DNA of 32,000 nt from Rhodobacter capsulatus SB 1003. GTDB taxonomy: Bacteria > Pseudomonadota > Alphaproteobacteria > Rhodobacterales > Rhodobacteraceae. Made by a program: the position numbers and the translations under genes. The stretch spans positions 1,560,001 to 1,592,000 of the forward strand of contig NC_014034.1 of assembly GCF_000021865.1 (NCBI RefSeq). The letters run 5' to 3'. Positions 25,326 to 32,000 of the stretch are shown one piece after another; within the stretch, counting starts at the first letter, position 1; each line of letters begins with the position of its first letter. The notes beneath the pieces were generated by a model. It made no database searches, had not been told where the DNA came from, and saw only the letters and a list, made by a program, of their open reading frames with translations.

Positions 25326-26420
25326 TCAGCGATCCGGAAGGCTGCGCCGGTAGGTCAGCCCGTTCGCTTCCAGCAGCTGCGCATAGACGACCCTGTTCTC
25401 TTCGCGCCGCTCGACAAAGGCGCCGACCTGCGCGTCGATATCGTCCGGCAGCCTGACCGTGTTGCGATGCGCGTCGAGCAGCAGATCCGGAGTGCCGGTC
25501 GGGATCTTCGCGAAATCGATCAGTTCGTGGGTGCGCGAGTCATGCGGCAGCAAGGCCGCCCGCACCCCCGAGTTCAGCGCCAGGATCGCGCCGTGCAGCC
25601 GCGTCCCGATCACCCCCGCGCGCGATTTCAGGAACCCCGACCAGTCGTCGATCGAGGTGAAGACCTTGCCATGGGCGCGCAGATAGGCCTCAAGCTCCGC
25701 CGCGGTGGATTTGCCATAAAGCTCGGGCAATCCGGCTTTCGTGGCATCGCCCGCCCAGTCGTCGCCCATGCTGCCATCGAACAGGCTGATTTCCAGCCGT
25801 TCGGACTGGAAGATGATGTCCATCGAGGCCTTGCCGGCAATCGAGAAGATCGTCCGGTCCAGAGACGGCTTGCGCAGATATTGCGGCGACATCACATAGC
25901 GCGTTCCCTGCAGGATCAGATCCTTGCTGGGGGGGGCATCGACGTCTTTCGGCAGGTCCATGTAAAGCGAGGGACAGCCGGTCACCACGGTATTGTGGCA
26001 GCCCAGATGCGCCAGCACCTTGCGGGTGAATTCGCCGCGCACCGAGATATGCTTGCAGCGCTCGGTCAGGATTTTCGTCAGATCGATGGCGCCTTGCGAC
26101 AGCGTGAGGCTGGCGGGATCCGTCCCCGCCGAGGCGGCCTGCGCGCCAAGCCCGATGCAGGTGATCGGAAGCTCGATCCTTTTCAGCAGGCGGACGAGCC
26201 CGTCCAGCGCCTCGCCGCGGTCGATCCAGTTCGCCGCGGGCATGATGACATGATCGTATTCCGCGTTGATCTTGTCGGGGTCGAAATTGAAACCGATCCA
26301 GGAGATGTCCCCGGCGATATTGCGGTAGGCCGCCTCGGTGAACATGTAATTTCCGGTATTGGTCCGGATCGGAGAGCCGGGCACAGGCTTTCGCCGAATG
26401 GTGATCGCAGCAATTTTCAT
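25326..26420 (-). CDS. Polysaccharide pyruvyl transferase family protein, 364 aa
   Basis: N-terminal NTGNYMF (N-x-G-D/N type motif) and C-terminal VIGTRLHGAILALNSGV, both characteristic of the PS_pyruv_trans family. AGGGA RBS. Confidence 0.8.
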   Translation of the reverse strand: MKIAAITIRRKPVPGSPIRTNTGNYMFTEAAYRNIAGDISWIGFNFDPDKINAEYDHVIMPAANWIDRGEALDGLVRLLKRIELPITCIGLGAQAASAGTDPASLTLSQGAIDLTKILTERCKHISVRGEFTRKVLAHLGCHNTVVTGCPSLYMDLPKDVDAPPSKDLILQGTRYVMSPQYLRKPSLDRTIFSIAGKASMDIIFQSERLEISLFDGSMGDDWAGDATKAGLPELYGKSTAAELEAYLRAHGKVFTSIDDWSGFLKSRAGVIGTRLHGAILALNSGVRAALLPHDSRTHELIDFAKIPTGTPDLLLDAHRNTVRLPDDIDAQVGAFVERREENRVVYAQLLEANGLTYRRSLPDR

Positions 26421-26667
26421 GGTTCAGTCCCTGTTGCCCATTCCTTCACAGAGCCGACATGCAAAACCCGGCAGAGGCCGACGCAGGCCCCGATTGCCTT
26501 CAGGGCGATCTGCAGGCAGTGCACCAGGCACTTGTCCATGACCCGCCCCGTTCCATCCCGAAAAGCGGCGATCGGCTTCGGGGGGCTTGCCACGGTCCAA
26601 CCTCGTCTGTGTCCGTGGTCACTACCCCATCCCCGCGCGTGCTGTCGACAAAATTCTTGACCGCCCG

Positions 26668-28338
26668 TCAGGAGGCGAACCGGCTTTTCGGCATCCGCAG
26701 CGGCTCGAAGGTCTCGGCCGAGGCGCGGTTCCAGCGGTCCAGCCAGGCCTGCAGATCGGGGTGGGTCGAGCCGGTCAGCAAAAAGCCCTCGGGCAGATCC
26801 TCGAAGACCTCGTTGCCGTCCTGAAAGGCATTGTCCTTTTCGCGGAACATGAAGTGATAGGGCAGGAATTCGGAGGGATGCGACAGCCCGGCGGCGCCCA
26901 CCAGTTCCCCCAGCGCCTTGAGCGTGTTGCGGTGAAACCGCGCGACGCGCTGGGTCTTGTCTTCGACATCAAGCGCCTTCATCCGCCGCGGATCCTGCGT
27001 CGCGATCCCCGCCGGGCAGCGGTTGGTGTGGCAGGACTGCGCCTGAATGCAGCCGATCGCGAACATGTAGCCGCGCGCCGAATTGCACCAGTCCGCCCCC
27101 AGCGCCATCGCCCGCGCGATGTCATAGGCGGAAACGATCTTGCCCGCCGCGCCGATGCGGATGCGGTCCCGCAGCCCGGCCCCACGCAAGAGGTTGTGGA
27201 CGAAATGCAGCCCTTCCAGCATCGGCATGCCGACGCGGTTGACGAATTCCAAAGGCGCCGCCCCGGTGCCGCCCTCCTTGCCATCGACGACGATGAAATC
27301 GGGGGTGATGCCGGTTTCCAGCATCGCCTTGACCAGGCACATGAATTCGCGCCGATGCCCGATGCAGAGCTTGAACCCCACCGGCTTGCCCCCCGACAAG
27401 TCGCGCAGCAGCGCGATGAAGGCCATGAATTCCAAGGGCGTCGAAAACGCCGAATGCGCCGCGGGCGAGACGCAGTCGCGCCCCATCGGAATGCCCCGCG
27501 CCTCGGCGATCTCGGGCGAGATCTTCGAGGCGGGCAGCATCCCGCCATGGCCGGGCTTGGCGCCCTGGCTCAGCTTGATCTCGATCATCTTGATCTGCGG
27601 GTCGCGGGCTTGCGCCGCGAATTTCCCGGGCGAGAAGCTGCCGTCGTCGTTGCGGCAGCCGAAATAGCCCGAAGCCACCTGATAGACCAGATCGCCGCCG
27701 CCCGCGCGGTGGTAGCGGCTGATGCCGCCCTCGCCGGTGTCATGGGCAAAGCCGCCCAGTTTCGCGCCGCGGTTCAGCGCCGAGATCGCATTGGCCGAGA
27801 GCGCCCCGAAGCTCATCGCCGAGATGTTGTAGACCGAGGCGTCATAGGGCTGGCGGCAGTCCGGCCCGCCGACGCGGACGCGGAAATTCGTGTCCTTGAT
27901 CGTCTTTGGCACGATCGAATGCGTCAGCCAGTTGAACCCCGAGGCATAGACGGATTCGACCGTGCCGAAGGGGCGCTTGTCCTCGACCCCCTTGGCGCGC
28001 TGATAGACAAGAACGCGGGTCTGCCGGCTGAAGGGCACCTCGTCGCGGTCGGATTCAAAGAAATACTGCCGGAATTCGGGGCCGACGCTTTCGATCATGT
28101 AGCGCAGATGGCCGATCACCGGATAGTTGCGCAAGATCGCATGGCGGCTCTGGCGCAGGTCGTAAAGGCCGACCAGGCTCAGCCCGGCGGCGATCCCGAA
28201 GATCGCCAGCACCCAAAGCTGCGGCACGAAGATCAGCACAAGGCCGGAGATCCCGGTCAGCAACAGGAGCGCAAGAAAGGGGAGGTAACGGATGTTGAGG
28301 CGCAGCTTGGGCATGGCGGGCTCGCGGATGAGGGGCAT
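26668..28338 (-). CDS. FMN-binding glutamate-synthase-domain (GltB domain 2-like) oxidoreductase with N-terminal TM segments, ~556 aa
   Basis: VVDGKEGGTGAAPLEF and KLSQGAKPGHGGMLP motifs. Hydrophobic N-terminus. Start ambiguous between 28338 (MPLIRE) and 28314 (MPKLRL). The rest of ORF 26668..28560 is Arg-rich junk. Confidence 0.88.
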   Translation of the reverse strand: MPLIREPAMPKLRLNIRYLPFLALLLLTGISGLVLIFVPQLWVLAIFGIAAGLSLVGLYDLRQSRHAILRNYPVIGHLRYMIESVGPEFRQYFFESDRDEVPFSRQTRVLVYQRAKGVEDKRPFGTVESVYASGFNWLTHSIVPKTIKDTNFRVRVGGPDCRQPYDASVYNISAMSFGALSANAISALNRGAKLGGFAHDTGEGGISRYHRAGGGDLVYQVASGYFGCRNDDGSFSPGKFAAQARDPQIKMIEIKLSQGAKPGHGGMLPASKISPEIAEARGIPMGRDCVSPAAHSAFSTPLEFMAFIALLRDLSGGKPVGFKLCIGHRREFMCLVKAMLETGITPDFIVVDGKEGGTGAAPLEFVNRVGMPMLEGLHFVHNLLRGAGLRDRIRIGAAGKIVSAYDIARAMALGADWCNSARGYMFAIGCIQAQSCHTNRCPAGIATQDPRRMKALDVEDKTQRVARFHRNTLKALGELVGAAGLSHPSEFLPYHFMFREKDNAFQDGNEVFEDLPEGFLLTGSTHPDLQAWLDRWNRASAETFEPLRMPKSRFAS

Positions 28339-28399
28339 CGCCCAATTTGAAAGCACGGCCCCGGGCACAAGACAAGCAGGCGCTGCGTAAAGATGTCTT

Positions 28400-29323
28400 T
28401 CAACCCGCGCGCCGGGCGGCTTCGGCCGTCTCGGCCGCCTGCGCGACGGCGCACAGCCAGTCGCGGAACGCCGCCAGCGGCGGATGCGGCCCCCGCCCGC
28501 GCGGGGCGCACAGATAATAGGCCTCGTCCGAGCGCATCCGCGCCGCGAGCGGCACCACAAGCCGCCCCGAGGCGATCTCGTCCTCGATCAGGAACTCGGG
28601 CAAAAGCGCGACGCCCAGCCCCACCATCGCCGCCTGCGCCACGGTGGCGAACTGGTCGAACAGCATCCCGTGCAGCTGCTGCGGCGCCATCCCCGCGCGG
28701 TCGAAGAACTTTTCCCAGGCATCCGGCCGCGAGGTCAGATGCAGAAGCGGCGCCGCGCGCAGCTCTTGCAGCGTCGCAAAGCCGTGCCGCGCCGCCAGAT
28801 CGGGCGAACAGGCGGGCACCACATGTTCGCCGCGCAGCCAGGTGCACTCCGCCCCCGGCCAGTCCGGCACGCCGAAATGGATCGCGGCATCGACCGCCTC
28901 GGTGGCGAAATCGAACTGCGTCAGCCGGGTCACCAGGTTCAGCGTGATCCCCGGATGGGCGGCCAGGAAATCGGGCAGCCGCGGCGCCAGCCAGCGCGTT
29001 CCGAAGGTGGGCAGGATCGCCAGCGTCAGCGTGCCCCCGCCCGGATTGGCCCGCAGCGTCAGCGAGGCGGTGGAGATCTTTTGCAGCGCCGCCCGGATGT
29101 CGCGCGCATAGGCCGCGCCGCCCTGGGTCAGCCGGATCGTCTGCCTTTCGCGGTGGAAAAGCTCGGTGCCCAGCTGCGCCTCCAGCGCCCGGATCTGCCG
29201 CGACACCGCGCTTTGCGTCAGCGACAGCTCCGCCGCCGCCGCGGTGATGCTTTGCGTGCGCGCGGCGGTCTCGAAGGCCTGCAACAGCGAGAGCGAGGGC
29301 AGAAAACGGCGCGGGGTCTTCAT
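28400..29323 (-). CDS. LysR-family transcriptional regulator (GcvA-like), 307 aa
   Basis: LPSLSLLQAFETAARTQSITAAAAELSLTQSAVSRQIRALEAQLG wHTH. GGAGGA RBS. Divergent from the oxidoreductase gene. Confidence 0.93.
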   Translation of the reverse strand: MKTPRRFLPSLSLLQAFETAARTQSITAAAAELSLTQSAVSRQIRALEAQLGTELFHRERQTIRLTQGGAAYARDIRAALQKISTASLTLRANPGGGTLTLAILPTFGTRWLAPRLPDFLAAHPGITLNLVTRLTQFDFATEAVDAAIHFGVPDWPGAECTWLRGEHVVPACSPDLAARHGFATLQELRAAPLLHLTSRPDAWEKFFDRAGMAPQQLHGMLFDQFATVAQAAMVGLGVALLPEFLIEDEIASGRLVVPLAARMRSDEAYYLCAPRGRGPHPPLAAFRDWLCAVAQAAETAEAARRAG

Positions 29324-29405
29324 CTTTCCTCCGGTCTGGCCTTTTTGCGGCCTCTCGCCCGGTTTCTCAAGGGTTTTTCGCCCCGGCGCGCGAAAAGGTC
29401 ATTCC

Positions 29406-29430
29406 GAAACGGAATGACCTGAGATGTATC
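29406..29430. promoter_or_regulatory. 25-bp perfect palindrome containing a T-N11-A LysR-type box
   Basis: AGGTCATTCCG-AAA-CGGAATGACCT. The inner T-TCCGAAACGGA-A fits T-N11-A. Lies in the LysR / FAD-oxidoreductase divergent region. Confidence 0.6.
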
Positions 29431-29493
29431 GGGAATTGGCCTTGGCGCGCAAAACCGGGCAGGAAGGGGCCGGAACAGCCCCAGGAGGCGCAG

Positions 29494-30777
29494 ATGCGCA
29501 ACGATCCCCGCTCGCATGGTCTTTGGGAGGTCTCGGCGCCGCCCGCGCCTGCGACGGCGCCGCTGTCCGGTCCGGCCGAGGCCGAGGTGGTGGTGATCGG
29601 CGCGGGCTTCACCGGGCTGTCGGCGGCGCTGCATCTGGCCGAGGCGGGCAGATCGGTGATCGTGCTGGAAGCGGAGCAGATCGGCTTTGGCGCCTCGGGG
29701 CGCAATGTCGGGCTGGTCAATGCGGGCATGTGGGTGATGCCCGAGGCGATGCCGCGGGCGCTGGGTCCGGTCTGGGGGCCGCGGCTGCTGGAGTTTCTGG
29801 GCGCGGCCCCGGCCGAGGTTTTCGCGCTGGTGCGCCGTCACGCGATCGACTGCGAGGCGGTCGCGCATGGCACGCTGCATTGCGCCGTCGGTGCCGCGGG
29901 GCTGGCCGAGATCACCGAACGCGCCCGGCAATGGGCGGCGCGGGGCGCCCCGGTCGAGGTGCTGGACGCGGTCGAAACGGCGCGGCGGCTGGGCGGCGGG
30001 CGCTATGCGGGGGCGCTGCTGGACCGGCGCGCGGGCACGATCCAGCCGCTGGCCTATGTGCGCGGGCTGGCACGGGCGGCGCTGGCGGCGGGGGCGCGGA
30101 TCTGCACCGAAAGCCCGGCGGCAAGCGCCAGGCCGCAGGGCGCGGGCTGGTGCGTCACCACGCCCGAGGGCCGGGTGCAGGCGGCGGCGCTGATCGTCGC
30201 CACCGACGCCTATACCGGCGCGCTGTTTTCCGGGCTGCGCCGCGAGCAGGTGGGCTTGCCCTATTTCAACATGGCGACGCCGCCCTTGCCCGCGGCGATC
30301 TGCGCCGGGCTGCTGCCGGGGGGCGAGGGGTGCTGGGACACGCGCGCGGTGCTCTCGTCCTTTCGCAGGGATGCGGCGGGGCGGCTGGTTTTCGGCTCGG
30401 TCGGGCGGCTGGGCCGGGCCGAGGCCGCCATCCACCGCGCCTGGGCGCTGCGCGCAATGCACCGGATCTTTCCGCAACTCCGCGGCATCGGCTTTGAACG
30501 CGAATGGTCCGGCCGGATCGGCATGACCGCCGACGCCCTGCCGCGCCTGCATGTGCTGGGGAAAAACGCTGTCGCCATGGCGGGTTACAACGGCCGCGGC
30601 ATCGCCCCCGGCACCGTCTTCGGCAAGGCTTTGGCCGAGCATGTCCTGGGTCTTCGCCCGCTCGAGGCCATGCCCCTGCCGGTCAGCCCGATCACCCCGG
30701 CGTCCTTGCGCCTGGCGCAAGAGGCCGGATACAGCCTTGGCGCGGCGGCGGCGCATCTGCTGGCCTGCCGGATCTGA
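29494..30777 (+). CDS. FAD-dependent oxidoreductase (DAO family, amine/gamma-glutamylamine oxidase-like), 427 aa
   Basis: Dinucleotide fold VVVIGAGFTGLSAALHLAEAGRSVIVLE. AGGAGG RBS 5 nt upstream. Confidence 0.9.
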   Translation: MRNDPRSHGLWEVSAPPAPATAPLSGPAEAEVVVIGAGFTGLSAALHLAEAGRSVIVLEAEQIGFGASGRNVGLVNAGMWVMPEAMPRALGPVWGPRLLEFLGAAPAEVFALVRRHAIDCEAVAHGTLHCAVGAAGLAEITERARQWAARGAPVEVLDAVETARRLGGGRYAGALLDRRAGTIQPLAYVRGLARAALAAGARICTESPAASARPQGAGWCVTTPEGRVQAAALIVATDAYTGALFSGLRREQVGLPYFNMATPPLPAAICAGLLPGGEGCWDTRAVLSSFRRDAAGRLVFGSVGRLGRAEAAIHRAWALRAMHRIFPQLRGIGFEREWSGRIGMTADALPRLHVLGKNAVAMAGYNGRGIAPGTVFGKALAEHVLGLRPLEAMPLPVSPITPASLRLAQEAGYSLGAAAAHLLACRI

Positions 30778-30786
30778 GGAATGACG

Positions 30787-32000
30787 ATGCCCACGACGCC
30801 CCCCCGTTTCCGCCTGTCGACAAGCCCCGAAATCGCGCTTTCTGCCGCCGGAGGGCTGTCGCTTCTGCTGCTTGCCAGCCTTGTTCTGGGCAAGATCGGC
30901 GCGGCCTGGCTGCCGGGGGCAGGGGCGCTGCTGACCCTTTCGGCCGCGACCGCCATCGTTCTGGCGCTGTTGCGGCTGCCGCGGGTCTCGCGCATCGCGC
31001 AGGTGTTTCTGGCGGGCGCCTTTCTGGCCACGCTGATCGTGGCGCTGGCCCTGCCCAAGGCCCTGCCCGCGATGCAGGCGGCGCTTTTGCAGGGCACCGC
31101 CTTTTCCGCCTTTCTGACCGCGCTTGGCCTGATCCGCGCCCCGGTGCGTCGCTCAAGCCTGATCGCCCGCGCCGCCGAGGGGCTTTTCGCCCATTCCGCC
31201 CGGGCGCGCGTCTTTGCCGTCTCGCTGGGCGCGCAGGGGATTTCGGTTCTCTTCAACATCGGCACGATCGGGATGATTTCCGACATCGCGCGCAACCATG
31301 ATGCGGCGCGCAAGGCGGCGGGCAAGCGCGGCATCGACAGCCGCGCGATGACTTTGGCGGCGCTGCGCGGCACGCTTCTGATGACGGTCTGGTCGCCGAT
31401 CGGGCTTGGTTTCGCCATCGTCACCAGCGCCATCCCGACGCTCGATCCGGTGCGCTTCTTCGCGCTGGCCTTCGGCATCGTCGCCGTCCTGTCGCTTGCC
31501 GCCGCGGGCCTTGATGCCGCCGCCACCCCGGTTCCGCCGGGACCGCGCCCGCAGGACCCCGCGCCCGAGGGGGCGGGCCGTGCGCTGGCGCTTGTTCTGG
31601 CCGCCATCGCCGGGCTGATCGCGCTGACCCTCGCGGCGCATCGGTTGCTGGACGTCAGCTTCCTGATTGCCGCCTGCCTGGTGCTGCCGCTGCTGGCCGC
31701 GCTTTGGCCGCGGCTGGAGCCCGGCCTGCGCAGCCCCGGCCCCGAGGGCGCGCTGACCCGGCTTTCGGCCGCCTCCGAGGGGATGGCGACGGAAAGCACG
31801 ATATTTCTGGCGGCGGCAGTGATCGGCGCGGCGGTGGCGGCAGCGGCGCAGGCGGCGGGGATCGACGCGCTGATCGCGGGCGGGCAGCTTCCGGCGCTGG
31901 GCGTGATCCTGGCCTGCCTTGTCCTGATCCCGGCCGTGGGCGCGGTGATGATCCCGCACACCATCGTGATGATCATGGCGGCCAGCCTTTTCGGTGCCGG
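30787..32000 (+). CDS. Polytopic membrane protein of unknown function, N-terminal ~404 aa (continues beyond window; absent from the ORF track because no stop is reached)
   Basis: Frame open from ATG 30781/30787 to base 32000 by my own translation (M[TM]PTTPPRFRLSTSPEIALSAAGGLSLLLLASLVLG...). Multiple hydrophobic helices, high third-position GC. GAGGA lies 6 nt before the ATG at 30787. Confidence 0.6.
   Translation, partial: MPTTPPRFRLSTSPEIALSAAGGLSLLLLASLVLGKIGAAWLPGAGALLTLSAATAIVLALLRLPRVSRIAQVFLAGAFLATLIVALALPKALPAMQAALLQGTAFSAFLTALGLIRAPVRRSSLIARAAEGLFAHSARARVFAVSLGAQGISVLFNIGTIGMISDIARNHDAARKAAGKRGIDSRAMTLAALRGTLLMTVWSPIGLGFAIVTSAIPTLDPVRFFALAFGIVAVLSLAAAGLDAAATPVPPGPRPQDPAPEGAGRALALVLAAIAGLIALTLAAHRLLDVSFLIAACLVLPLLAALWPRLEPGLRSPGPEGALTRLSAASEGMATESTIFLAAAVIGAAVAAAAQAAGIDALIAGGQLPALGVILACLVLIPAVGAVMIPHTIVMIMAASLFGA

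Noticed and set aside
25231-25353. 40-codon plus-strand ORF (MKSLIDEPGPRPQGRGS...) between the 81-aa gene and the pyruvyl transferase.
   Set aside because: It reads straight through the terminator hairpin and into the convergent gene, and its product is Arg/Pro-rich.
29411-29425. SqrR operator candidate (ATTC...GAAT) inside the 25-bp palindrome.
   Set aside because: The SqrR operator as I recall it is ATTC-N8-GAAT. Here the spacing is N7, and the site sits next to its own LysR regulator and fits T-N11-A. I found no ATTC-N8-GAAT in any intergenic region of this window.

Overview
High-GC alphaproteobacterial chromosomal segment. The HemA (5-aminolevulinate synthase) sequence, and an ArsR-family protein whose cysteines fall at positions 9/41/107 from its second ATG, match what I remember of Rhodobacter capsulatus HemA and the persulfide sensor SqrR. 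This is recognition from memory, not a database hit. The window is mostly core housekeeping. Gene order: TonB-dependent receptor (partial), M20 peptidase, hemA, rodZ-like, ispG, serS, an RND efflux pair (adaptor + pump), sqrR, CorA-family transporter, an HTH/MarC/retropepsin-like protease operon, tatABC plus a DUF815 ATPase, class II (B12-dependent) ribonucleotide reductase nrdJ. After nrdJ comes a small, compositionally mixed stretch with two small ORFs and an orphan polysaccharide pyruvyl transferase. Then an FMN-dependent GltB-like oxidoreductase, a LysR regulator divergent from an FAD oxidoreductase, and a polytopic membrane protein that runs off the 3' end. I see no rRNA, tRNA, CRISPR array, transposase, integrase, or recognisable defence or toxin-antitoxin module, so I cannot point to a clear multi-gene novel protein system. 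The unexplained signal is mainly non-coding. (1) An orphan plus-strand transcription unit with its own intrinsic terminator, a mini-ORF and a RegA/PrrA-type box, next to the 3' end of sqrR. (2) A 783-nt leader upstream of nrdJ carrying DnaA-box-like 9-mers, a full CtrA box and GANTC sites. (3) A short intergenic repeat family present at least twice, one copy forming a long A/T-rich palindrome flanked by direct repeats. (4) A hairpin-dense GC-rich spacer between serS and the RND operon. Many very long ORFs in the six-frame track are GC-driven shadow frames and were discarded.
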